Shown here: positions 9,513 through 17,542 of the stretch, in pieces | How positions within the stretch are numbered: position 1 is the stretch's first letter | Layout: the number at the start of each line of letters is the position of its first letter | From: Acidimicrobiia bacterium | GTDB lineage: Bacteria; Actinomycetota; Acidimicrobiia; IMCC26256; JAOSJL01 | Reading direction: 5' to 3' | Length of the DNA: 64,000 nt | Assembly: GCA_041394025.1 (NCBI GenBank) | Contig: JAWKJA010000002.1 | Span: 1,454,541 to 1,518,540, forward strand | Notes under the pieces: generated by a model | Database searches by the model: none | Seen by the model: only the letters and a program-made list of their open reading frames with translations | Told to the model about the DNA's origin: nothing | Position numbers and translations under genes: made by a program

Positions 9513-10349
9513 TCAGGAGGCGTCGGGCGACGAGGCCGGGTACATCCGGCGGACACCGGAAGGAACCGTGTCGCGCATGCGCGTGACCACGTCGAGGAAC
9601 CGCTCGACACCGACCGTGTCGAGACCGCGGGCCCGGACCACCACGTAGTTGCCCCCGAAACCGAACGACCACGGCTCGACCTGGGCTAGCAGGAACCGAC
9701 GCATCGGCTCGTCGAGGAGCTCGGCGGCGAAGGTGTCGTCGGTCGTCATGACGGCGAACGCGTTCGTGAAGTCGTCGCTCGCCCCGCACGTGAAGGCCGT
9801 GCCCCGCTCCAGCGGAAGGGCCGGTCCGTCGGTCGGCGCACCCGTCGGGGTGATCTCGAGCCGGGGCACGTCGGCGTTGAGCTCCGAGACGGAGCACACG
9901 ACGGTGCCACTCGGTGTCGCGCGGCCGTAGACCCAGACGCTGCGGCCGTTGAACGTCCCCCGGGCACATCCGACGAGCGCGTCGAGACCGCTCACATCGT
10001 CACCGTCGGCCACGTCGTCGAGGGCACGGAGCGGGGCGAGGAACTCGTAGCGGAACACGGGTCGGAAGTCCCCCGCTGCGGGGAGGTCGGGCAGGTCCCC
10101 GATCGACCGACGGTCGGTGTCGACGGTCTGGCGCGGAGCGCTCCGTCCGAAGGCCCGGAAGATCCCGGCGCGTGCCAGCAGCCAGATCAGCACGACGAGG
10201 CCCACGATGATGACCAGGGCCGCCACGGGCAGCCGCCTCCTCCCGGGGCCGGTGGCCCCGTCGACCGGGGGCGCCCTCGACCGGCACCCCCACTCCCATC
10301 GGCGCGGCGGCTGGGGACTTTCGGCCGATGGGCCCACATTGTGACGCAA
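9513..10349 (-). CDS. hypothetical membrane-anchored protein
   Basis: ORF with a single TM (LPVAALVIIVGLVVLIWLLA) and a soluble C-domain of about 200 aa. Start is uncertain and may be internal. No recognised motif. Confidence 0.5.
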   Translation of the reverse strand: MRHNVGPSAESPQPPRRWEWGCRSRAPPVDGATGPGRRRLPVAALVIIVGLVVLIWLLARAGIFRAFGRSAPRQTVDTDRRSIGDLPDLPAAGDFRPVFRYEFLAPLRALDDVADGDDVSGLDALVGCARGTFNGRSVWVYGRATPSGTVVCSVSELNADVPRLEITPTGAPTDGPALPLERGTAFTCGASDDFTNAFAVMTTDDTFAAELLDEPMRRFLLAQVEPWSFGFGGNYVVVRARGLDTVGVERFLDVVTRMRDTVPSGVRRMYPASSPDAS

Positions 10350-10422
10350 CGGGGTGGGCGCCCGGGCTCACCGGCTAAATCCGACTTGAGAGGTCGGGAA
10401 TTGGCCGCTACCGTCGGCGCCG

Positions 10423-11208
10423 ATGCCTTCCCCGCCCGACGTGCGGCGTGATGTCCGTTCCCCGCACGCCGTCGACCTGGATCACGTGTCGAAGGTCTTC
10501 GGCCACGGCCCCGATGCCGTCCACGCCCTCGACGACGTCACGCTCCGGGTGTCGCCGGGGGAGTTCGTGTGCCTCGTCGGGGCGTCGGGATGCGGCAAGA
10601 CGACGCTGCTGCACCTCGTGGCCGGGCTGGACACGCCGACGGCGGGCCGGATCGGGGTCCAGGGCGGGCGGGCGACGGTCATGTTCCAGGAGTCGGCGCT
10701 CTTCCCGTGGCTCACCGTGGCCGGCAACGTCGAGTTGGCGCTGACCCTGCGATCGATGTCGGCGACCCACCGGGCGGAGACGGTGGCGGCGCTGCTCGAC
10801 ATGGTCCACCTCACCGATTTTGCCGACAGGCGCCCCCACGAGCTCTCCGGCGGGATGAGCCAGCGGGTGGCCCTCGCCCGGGCTCTCGCCCAGCAGGCCG
10901 AGGTGCTCCTGATGGACGAGCCCTTCGGCGCCCTCGACGCGGTGACCCGCGACGTCCTCCACGAGGAGCTGTGCCGCCTGTGGGCCGACACGGGCCTCAC
11001 CGTGCTCTTCGTCACGCACAACGTGCGTGAGGCCGTCCGCCTGGGCGACCGCGTCGTGCTGCTGTCGAGCCGCCCGGGTCGCATCGTGGAGGAGTTCGAC
11101 GTCGACATCGACCGCCCCCGGAGGATCGAGTCGCACGAGGTCGCCGACCTCTCGGTCGAGATCACCGGGTGCCTCATGGCAGAGGTGAAGCGTCATGTGC
11201 CCCATTGA
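10423..11208 (+). CDS. ABC transporter ATP-binding protein (nitrate/sulfonate/taurine NitT family-like)
   Basis: Walker A GASGCGKTT, signature LSGGMSQRV, Walker B LLMDEPF. Confidence 0.85.
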   Translation: MPSPPDVRRDVRSPHAVDLDHVSKVFGHGPDAVHALDDVTLRVSPGEFVCLVGASGCGKTTLLHLVAGLDTPTAGRIGVQGGRATVMFQESALFPWLTVAGNVELALTLRSMSATHRAETVAALLDMVHLTDFADRRPHELSGGMSQRVALARALAQQAEVLLMDEPFGALDAVTRDVLHEELCRLWADTGLTVLFVTHNVREAVRLGDRVVLLSSRPGRIVEEFDVDIDRPRRIESHEVADLSVEITGCLMAEVKRHVPH

Positions 11209-12112
11209 GCCCGCGACGTCCGTCGACGGCCACTCCGGCAGCCACCGAGACGGTCACTCCGACGACGAGCTCACCGAGGAGCTGGCGGGCCTCGACGCGC
11301 TGGAAGTGGCCGTCCCACCGTCCCCCGGGCGGGCGACGCGCGCCTGGGCCGCCGCGTGGCCGAAACTGGCCGCTGCGCTCGTGGCGCTCGTCGCCTGGCA
11401 GCTGATCGTCTGGTCGGGGTGGCGCTCCACGGACGTCCTGCCCGGGCCCGGCCCGGTGTTCGAGACGCTCTGGGACGACCTGTGGAGCGGAGATCTCATC
11501 CTTGCCACGGCGCTCACGCTTCGTCGGGCCGTCCTCGGATTCGCACTCGGGATCGCCATCGGAACGCCGATCGGGATCGCCGTGGCGCGGGTGCGCGTCG
11601 TGCGGACGGCGGTCGGATCGGTCGTGACGAGTCTCCAGACCATGCCGTCGACCGCGTGGTTCCCGTTCGCGATCCTGCTCTTCTCGCAGTCGGAGACCGC
11701 CATCATGTTCGTGGTCGTGCTCGGCGCGGCTCCGGCCGTCGCCAACGGGCTCGTGGCCGGGATCGACCAGATCCCACCCAACCTCCTGCGTGCGGGACGC
11801 GTGCTCGGCGCGCGCGGGTGGACGGCTCTGCGTTACGTGGTGCTCCCGGCGGCCTACCCCCAGTACGTGGCGGGCCTCAAGCAGGGCTGGGCGTTCGCGT
11901 GGCGGAGCCTCATCGCCGGGGAGTTGATCGTGCAGGTGGCCGGCAGCGAGTCGATCGGTGTCCGGCTCCAGGACGCGCAGCGCAGCGACGACGCCACGGC
12001 GCTGCTCGCCACGATGGTCGTGATCCTCGTGATCGGGATCGCCGTCGACAGCCTCGGGTTCGGGACGCTCGAGCGACGGATCCGCCGCCGCTACGGGCTT
12101 GCGACCTCTTGA
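11195..12112 (+). CDS. ABC transporter permease (SsuC/TauC-like)
   Basis: Overlaps the ATPase gene by 14 nt. Six hydrophobic segments and a BPD_transp_1-like EAA loop region (LLRAGRVLGARGWTALRYVVLP). Its last 105 nt are duplicated at 16087-16191. Confidence 0.85.
   Translation: MCPIEPATSVDGHSGSHRDGHSDDELTEELAGLDALEVAVPPSPGRATRAWAAAWPKLAAALVALVAWQLIVWSGWRSTDVLPGPGPVFETLWDDLWSGDLILATALTLRRAVLGFALGIAIGTPIGIAVARVRVVRTAVGSVVTSLQTMPSTAWFPFAILLFSQSETAIMFVVVLGAAPAVANGLVAGIDQIPPNLLRAGRVLGARGWTALRYVVLPAAYPQYVAGLKQGWAFAWRSLIAGELIVQVAGSESIGVRLQDAQRSDDATALLATMVVILVIGIAVDSLGFGTLERRIRRRYGLATS
11992..12096. repeat. 105-bp direct repeat, left copy (attL-like; permease 3' end)
   Basis: Identical base for base to 16087-16191. 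The flanks diverge immediately on both sides. Confidence 0.85.
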
Positions 12113-12151
12113 GCCCTAGCCCAGCGGGCTCGCCGTGAATGACGTCGGCCC

Positions 12152-12397
12152 TCAGTCGCGCCGGCGGCGTTCTTCGTAGCGCCGCCGCCAGCGATGACCG
12201 ACACCACCCGGGCGGACAAGCCACCAGGTGAACAAGCCAGCACCGATCCCGAACCCAACGCACACGAGCGGGTAGTTGAAGTCGAACTGGAGCATGGAAT
12301 AGACGAAGCCGAACGCTCCGACGATCGAACCCGCTAGCCGCGGGTGTGCTGAAGCCCAGCGATACTCCTTCTCGTCGTACCTCTCGCGCTTCACCAC
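12152..12397 (-). CDS. candidate 2-TM immunity-like small protein (in frame with the RHS ORF; GTG at 12395-12397)
   Basis: VVKRERYDEKEYRWASAHPRLAGSIVGAFGFVYSMLQFDFNYPLVCVGFGIGAGLFTWWLVRPGG...RRRYEERRRRD: two hydrophobic helices and an Arg-rich tail. The stretch just upstream (about 12398-12560) has poor GC3 and Cys/Arg-rich translation, so it may be non-coding spacer. Confidence 0.3.
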   Translation of the reverse strand: MVKRERYDEKEYRWASAHPRLAGSIVGAFGFVYSMLQFDFNYPLVCVGFGIGAGLFTWWLVRPGGVGHRWRRRYEERRRRD

Positions 12398-13696
12398 CGC
12401 TACTTGCCCGACCCTGGGCACCGAACATCGACAAACGCGCCGACGGCGGTGACACCCAGATCCGAAATCGCTGCTGCTCGCGAGGCTCCTGCCGCACCCA
12501 AGGGCCCACCCACAGCTCCTCCAAAAAACGGGCAGCGCTGCCGCGCGTGCTACCCGCTGCCGCTTGCATGGCTTCTCGTCGAGTGCTTCAGAGGTCACGT
12601 TCAGGGCACTCCCCCCAGCTACAAGCGCTAGCCCGGCAGGCGGATTGGCGAACGTGACACCTGTGCCCAGCAAAACTCCACCAGTATCGACGGCCTTTGT
12701 GATCCCGACCCTATTTTCGCCGACCCAGTCGACGGCGTCGTCGAGGCAGTTCCCGAGGTCCCGCCACCCACATCCTCTGAGACCCATCGGGTCGACCAGA
12801 ACGCCGGGGCGGTTTCGGACGTAGGCGTATGACGACACCGACGGGCTGTCCGCAGAAGGTTGCAGTGGGTCGGTGGCGAGGAACCGGCCTGTCGATGGGT
12901 CGTACTGGCGGGCCCGAAGGTTGTAGAGGCCGGTCTCTTCATCAAGGTATTCGCCCGTGAAGCGCATCGGATTCGCCGGTGCTGACGGCTCGAGTTGTTC
13001 CGAACGACGCGCTGCACCGAATGGCTCATAGTCGTAGGAACATCGTGGCGTGCCGTCGGCGGAGGTGACGGCCGCAATGTTGCCGAGGTCGTTGCGGTGG
13101 AAGAACGACTCCCCGCCGGCTGCGCGCATCGAGATCGTGCTTTCGCCGAACACGTAGTCGCGCAACGGCACTCCGCCACCGTCGGACTCGCCAACCAGCT
13201 GTGGTACCGGGGCGTTCCGATCCCACAACGAGTAGGTCGTTCCGGTTTCGGTCGTGGCCGCGAGCCGGTTCCCGTCGGCGTCGTAGCTGTAGGCCACGTC
13301 GGTCGTGTGGGAACCCCCAACGAGTGAGGCGGACCCGGTGACGCCCGTGACGGTCTCCCCGATCTTGGTGACCTGGAGATCCCCATCGGTGATCGTTCCG
13401 TAGGCCTCGTAGTCTACGGCGCCTGACAGGGACAGGCTGACCTCGTCGTTGCCGGCACCGTTGTCGGTGACTGACCAGTCGAGGTTGACGAGTCCGAAGA
13501 AGCTGTAGGTGCTCGTCGCCCCATTCGCGCCGTCGGGTGTGACCTGTCCGAACCAGATCGGCACGGTGACGTCGACGCCAGCCTGTTGGTCGGTGACCCG
13601 AACGCTGCCGAAGTAGACCGGGAACAACCACAACGAGCGCACGTTGAACTCCACGTCGACCACTGAGCCCGTCGCCGGTTTCGACGCGCCCGTCAT
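12152..13696 (-). CDS. RHS repeat-associated core domain protein fragment with C-terminal polymorphic-toxin-like tail
   Basis: Contains YD-type repeats (VAYSYDADGNRLAAT, CSYDYEPFG). The RHS core end reads PMRFTGEYLDEETGLYNLRARQYDPSTGRFLATDP...VLVDPMGL, with DPxGL at 12779-12793. The 208 codons after it look heterogeneous. Only about 300 aa precede the core, so this is probably an orphan or truncated module. Confidence 0.75.
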   Translation of the reverse strand: MTGASKPATGSVVDVEFNVRSLWLFPVYFGSVRVTDQQAGVDVTVPIWFGQVTPDGANGATSTYSFFGLVNLDWSVTDNGAGNDEVSLSLSGAVDYEAYGTITDGDLQVTKIGETVTGVTGSASLVGGSHTTDVAYSYDADGNRLAATTETGTTYSLWDRNAPVPQLVGESDGGGVPLRDYVFGESTISMRAAGGESFFHRNDLGNIAAVTSADGTPRCSYDYEPFGAARRSEQLEPSAPANPMRFTGEYLDEETGLYNLRARQYDPSTGRFLATDPLQPSADSPSVSSYAYVRNRPGVLVDPMGLRGCGWRDLGNCLDDAVDWVGENRVGITKAVDTGGVLLGTGVTFANPPAGLALVAGGSALNVTSEALDEKPCKRQRVARAAALPVFWRSCGWALGCGRSLASSSDFGSGCHRRRRVCRCSVPRVGQVAVVKRERYDEKEYRWASAHPRLAGSIVGAFGFVYSMLQFDFNYPLVCVGFGIGAGLFTWWLVRPGGVGHRWRRRYEERRRRD

Positions 13697-13756
13697 TCGG
13701 TTGGCCAGATCATAGGTATAGGCCGTAGCGCCGGCGGCCGCAGCGCGCGACCAGAC

Positions 13757-13999
13757 CTAACGCCTGCGCCGCCGGTCGCCGAGCAGCAGGGCGGCGATAC
13801 CTGTACCGCACCAAACCGCCACGGCCACCGCAATCTTCCACCGGGCATCTTCTGACGGCCTGGCTTGGCCGAGCACCCAAGCCACCACCAGTGCACCAAG
13901 AGCTCCAGTCAAGAACAAGAAGACGGTACGTACCTTCCTCTCGAGCACGGGGCAATCGAGAGAATGGAAGAAACCCGGACCGCAGGTCTTGCAGCCCAT
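13757..13999 (-). CDS. small 2-TM protein with N-terminal CxxC...C motif (immunity-like)
   Basis: ATG at 13997-13999: MGCKTCGPGFFHSLDCPVLERK, then two TM helices and a tail GDRRRRR. Same architecture as the ORF at 12152-12397. Lower-GC codons. Lies directly upstream of the RHS fragment. Confidence 0.4.
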   Translation of the reverse strand: MGCKTCGPGFFHSLDCPVLERKVRTVFLFLTGALGALVVAWVLGQARPSEDARWKIAVAVAVWCGTGIAALLLGDRRRRR

Positions 14000-14063
14000 G
14001 ACTACTTGCCGCAACTCGGTTCTGGAGGTCCCCCGCTCTGACGGACAGGTTGGGTGTGGGTGA

Positions 14064-14937
14064 TCATGGGGCGTTGGTGGTTTCGTAGTCGAGGGGGCTG
14101 TGTCCGGCGTTGTAGCTGTGCCGGCGGCGGGGGTTGTACCAGGTTACGATCCATTCAGAAGATCGCGTGGGCGAGCTGGTCGCGGGTGTCCCAGTGGTGC
14201 TGGTCCAACAGCTCGCGTTGCAGGCTCGAGAAGAAGACCTCGGCGACGGAGTTGTCATACGCGTCGCCGATGGATCCCATCGATCCGAGCAGGCCGGCGT
14301 TGCGGAGCCGGTTGCCGAACAGCCATGACGTGTAGATCGACCCGTGATCCGAGTGTGCAACGGTTTGGCCTGCTGGAGGTCGCCGCCGCCAGGTAGCCAT
14401 CTGGAGTGCATCCGCGGCGAGCTCTGTGCGGATGTGATCCGCGATGGACCAGCCAACGACCCGGCGGGACCAGGCGTCGACCACAGCGGCGAGGTAGACG
14501 GTGCCTTCATCGGTGCGGTGCTCGGTGACGTCCATCACCCACAGGCGGTCGGGACCTTCGGGGTCGAAGCGTCGCTGCACGAGGTCGGGGTTCGGGTCCG
14601 TGCCGTCGCGGCGGGTGCAACCGTTCTTGCCTCGCCGGGACGGGTAGTGGATCCCCACCGCGCCGCAGTCACGCATCCAGCGTTCCACCTGGGTCTTGGA
14701 GCACCGCCGGCGCATCCCCAAGCGGAGCTCCTGAAGAACCCGAGGTGACCCATACGAGTGCCGAGACATCGTCCAAATGTCGAACACCGTGTTGGCCATC
14801 CAGGCGTCGTCGAGTTCGGCGTCAGTGACCGGTTCGGATCGACGCTGGAAAAAGCCCGCTCTCGACACCCCCATCACACGGCAGCACACCGCGACGGGCA
14901 GATCCGAGCAACGCTCGGCGATGAAGGTGTAGATCAT
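14064..14937 (-). pseudogene. IS3 family transposase OrfB (rve/DDE integrase core) with a 3'-terminal frameshift
   Basis: DDE core blocks LWVMDVTE and HSDHGSIYTS. This frame stops at 14155 after ...QLAHAIF. The conserved tail EWIVTWYNPRRRHSYNAGHSPLDYETTNAP continues in another frame down to 14064, which implies one extra nucleotide near 14155-14160. Confidence 0.8.
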
Positions 14938-15224
14938 TTTGGGAGGACGTTCTCCTGGGCGAAGTACGCCGCCGCAGGCTTGAGGATCTCGTTCTCCATC
15001 TTCGCCACGCGCAACTCACGGCGCAGCTTCACCAGCTCCTCGCGCTCAGCAGTGCTGAGACCACCAGAGCGCCGTCCCTCGTCGAGGTCAGCTTGGTGCA
15101 TCCAGTTCCGCAAGCAGCTGTCGGAGATCCCAAGATCGGTTGCGATCTCCGCCACGGGCTTCTCGCGCAACCGGGCCAACTCCACGGCTCGCTGACGAAA
15201 CTCCGGTGGGTGGGGTGCAGGCAT
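14934..15224 (-). CDS. IS3 family transposase OrfA (HTH)
   Basis: MPAPHPPEFRQRAVELARLREKPVAEIATDLGISDSCLRNWMHQ plus a leucine-zipper-like tail. Ends in CCAAAATGA, overlapping the orfB start. Confidence 0.85.
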   Translation of the reverse strand: MPAPHPPEFRQRAVELARLREKPVAEIATDLGISDSCLRNWMHQADLDEGRRSGGLSTAEREELVKLRRELRVAKMENEILKPAAAYFAQENVLPK

Positions 15225-15356
15225 CTGGACTCCTTCCCGAGACGACCCACAGTCGCCTCAGCATCGGTGTCCGTCAACCCGGGGGACCTCCACCTTCCTG
15301 ACCGGGGTTCGAGGTGACAGATCAGTGGTTCACCCTGGGTTTGATGGAGACTCGGT

Positions 15357-15482
15357 TCATTGGGTTCCAACCGTGTTGTGGTCGGTCTGTTGACCAGCGT
15401 AGAACGCTGCTTCGAGTTCTGCTGGTGGCATGTCGTGGCAGTGGCCGTGGAGACGCTGGTGGTTGATGGGATGAAGGAGCGG
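15357..15482 (-). pseudogene. remnant of a second rve-type transposase C-terminus
   Basis: Minus-strand translation ...PLLHPINHQRLHGHCHDMPPAELEAAFYAGQQTDHNTVGTQ* resembles the YNxxRxH...PAEFE tail of integrase-core transposases. No upstream catalytic domain is present. Confidence 0.35.
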
Positions 15483-15556
15483 GTCCTGCGCTCCTCGTGA
15501 GCCCGGCGTGCATGCTCGGGGGCTCACACCATGTTCACGAGGATGGGAGGGCCCTC

Positions 15557-16086
15557 ATGGCAGGGTACGTTCCGATTGATCTCCATCGCCGCCGTTCGGT
15601 GGTGATGCACATCGACTCCGCCGGTGAGATGCTGGGTTGGAAGCGGGTCGCCAACGAACCGGACGCGCTGGTGGCTGAGGTGCTCTAGCACGGCGAGTCT
15701 CCCGAGGTGGCGATTGAAGCCACCTACGGGTGGTACTGGGCGGTCGACGCGCTCTCGGCAGCCGGGTGCGAGGTGAAGCTGGTCAACGTTGCTGCGGTGC
15801 GCGGGTTCGAGAATCGCCGGGTGAAAAATGACGTGCGGGACTGCGAGCTGTTGGGCCAGTTGATGCGCACGAACACGCTGCCCGAGGCGTGGATGGCCCG
15901 GAGCGAGGTACGCGAGCAGCGGGAGCTGGTCCGCTATCGGGCCAAGCTGGTGGCTGTGCGTACCGGGTCCAAAGCCCAGGTCCACTCGGCGTTCGCCAAG
16001 CTGGGCATCCAGGCTTGCTGGTCGGACATGTTCGGTCCCTCGGGCCGCCAAGAACAGGAACGTGAGCCGTGCCTCGAACGTGAAGG
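15557..16086 (+). pseudogene. IS110 family transposase, N-terminal DEDD domain only (in-frame TAG at 15686-15688; 3' truncated at the repeat)
   Basis: MAGYVPIDLHRRRSVVMHIDSAG...AEVL*HGESPEVAIEATYGWYWAVDALSAAGCEVKLVNVAAVRGFENRRVKNDVRDCELLGQLMRT...LVRYRAKLVAVRT matches the IS110 N-domain pattern. The C-terminal domain is absent. The ORF runs directly into the 105-bp permease repeat. Confidence 0.7.
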
Positions 16087-16191
16087 CGCCACGGCGCTGC
16101 TCGCCACGATGGTCGTGATCCTCGTGATCGGGATCGCCGTCGACAGCCTCGGGTTCGGGACGCTCGAGCGACGGATCCGCCGCCGCTACGG
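16087..16191. repeat. 105-bp direct repeat, right copy (attR-like)
   Basis: Identical to 11992-12096. Followed by ggtctcgccaccccgtag (GLATP*), which is synonymous with but differs from the tail after the left copy. Confidence 0.85.
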
Positions 16192-16225
16192 TCTCGCCAC
16201 CCCGTAGCGCGACGAAACCGCGCCG

Positions 16226-16693
16226 TCAGACTTCCTCGACGACGACCGACTCCATGACGTCGCCGACCTCGATGGCCTGGGCGACGTCGAGACCCTCGGT
16301 GGTGTAGCCGAAGAGGTTGTAGTCCTTCGACAGCTTGCTCGTGCAGTCGTCGATGCAGATGAAGAACTGCGAGCCGTTGGTGTTCGGCCCGGCGTTGGCC
16401 ATGGCCACCGCACCCAGTGTGTACTCACCGGTGACGGGCTCGTCCTCGAACTGGTAGCCGGGGCCGCCCGTGCCGTCGCCGTCGGGGCATCCGCCTTGCA
16501 CGACGAACTCGGGCACGACTCGGTGGAACGTGAGCTTGTCGTAGTAGCCGTCGCGGGCGAGGCCGACGAAGTTGGCGACCGTGCGGGGTGCCAGCGTGGG
16601 GTCGAGATCCATCACGATGTCGCCCTTGCTCGTGGTGACGGTCACGCGGTAGGTGGCGTCCTCGTCGATGGGATGGTTCGTCTGCGGTTCCAC
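16226..16693 (-). CDS. peptidyl-prolyl cis-trans isomerase, cyclophilin type
   Basis: FHRVVPEFVVQGGCP, GAVAMANAGPNTNGSQFFI. Confidence 0.9.
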   Translation of the reverse strand: MEPQTNHPIDEDATYRVTVTTSKGDIVMDLDPTLAPRTVANFVGLARDGYYDKLTFHRVVPEFVVQGGCPDGDGTGGPGYQFEDEPVTGEYTLGAVAMANAGPNTNGSQFFICIDDCTSKLSKDYNLFGYTTEGLDVAQAIEVGDVMESVVVEEV

Positions 16694-16768
16694 GGAAGCT
16701 CCTGGGGCGTCGGAGCCTTCACGCTACCGGGGCGTCGGCACCTGCCTCGACTTGCGAACAGCGATGCG

Positions 16769-17542
16769 TCAGCCTGCAGGAACCGCGGCCCGCGCCTCCT
16801 CGGCGACCTGGCGTACCTGGTCGGCCAGGGGGCCGTCGGGATCGAGCTCGAGGTACCGGTCGAACTCGACGACCGCTCCGGCAGGGTCGTCCATGCCCCG
16901 CAGGAGGATCAATCCCCGGAAGAAGTGGGCGTCGGCGAAGTCGGGATCGAGTGCGACCGCAGCGTCGACGCGTTCCAGGGCCTCGTCGGGGAGGTCGGCC
17001 AGGAACACGATCCACCCGCCGTAGGCGCGCGCTTCGACGTTCGTGGGGTCGAGGGCCACGACCTCGTCGTAGGCCATGAGTGCGGCGGCAGGGTCCGTGG
17101 GCGCCAGGAAGCGCGCCAGCTCGAGATGCGCCTCGGGGTCGTCGGGGTTGCGCTCCACCGCCTCCTCGAGGGCCTCACGCGTCGCTGCGGCGCTGTCTTC
17201 GGCGGTCTGCTCGTTGCCGGTGGCGGTCCCCCCCTCCGTACGATCCCCCAGCGCGTTGGCGAGCAGGATGCCCGCCACGACCGCGAACGCCAGGATGCCG
17301 CCGGCCACGGCGAGCGTTCGCGCGGTGCTGCGCGGACGCTCCGTCGTACCCGGGTCCTCACCGGAACGTTCCGCCGCATCGATGGCCCGCAGTACCGCTG
17401 CAGCACGCGCGGTGTAGTCGTCGCGGAGCCGTTCGTATGTGTCCTCGTCGATGTCGTCGTCGGCACGCTCGCGCTCCAGGTCGTCGAGGGACCGAAGGAG
17501 GAAGTCGCGCTCGTCGTAGAGGTCACCGAGCGCCGGCTGCAC
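16769..17542 (-). CDS. ccmI: c-type cytochrome biogenesis protein CcmI/CycH-like (TM plus TPR)
   Basis: GTG at 17540-17542 chosen, overlapping the ccmH end by 20 nt. Acidic helical N-terminus, one TM (LAVAGGILAFAVVAGILLA), TPR-like repeats, and last position in the ccm operon. The longer track ORF runs antisense-like into ccmH. Confidence 0.6.
   Translation of the reverse strand: MQPALGDLYDERDFLLRSLDDLERERADDDIDEDTYERLRDDYTARAAAVLRAIDAAERSGEDPGTTERPRSTARTLAVAGGILAFAVVAGILLANALGDRTEGGTATGNEQTAEDSAAATREALEEAVERNPDDPEAHLELARFLAPTDPAAALMAYDEVVALDPTNVEARAYGGWIVFLADLPDEALERVDAAVALDPDFADAHFFRGLILLRGMDDPAGAVVEFDRYLELDPDGPLADQVRQVAEEARAAVPAG

Larger units (their letters stand above)
14023..15292 (-). 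mobile_element. IS3 family insertion sequence (1270 bp)
   Basis: Terminal inverted repeats TGGAGGTCCCCCGnnnTGACGGACA at 14023-14047 and, reverse-complemented, at 15268-15292. They match at 22 of 25 positions and have TG...CA ends. The element encloses orfA and orfB with the usual -1 overlap. No clean target-site duplication is seen. Confidence 0.75.

Noticed and set aside
9433-9969. 179-codon N-terminal extension of the aconitase ORF (936-aa version)
   Set aside because: The extension is Arg/Pro/His-rich, overlaps the neighbouring gene's 3' end, and precedes a clean MSKVTPG start that gives a canonical-length product.
12346-12824. Several 75-103-aa plus-strand ORFs opposite the RHS tail
   Set aside because: They are antisense to the RHS ORF, with Pro/Ser/Arg-rich products and no ribosome-binding sites or motifs. 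However, the coding status of 12398-12560 on either strand remains unclear.
15497-15688. 63-aa ORF as an independent gene
   Set aside because: It is the N-terminal piece of the IS110 transposase reading frame, which is interrupted by an in-frame TAG. The same frame resumes at 15707.
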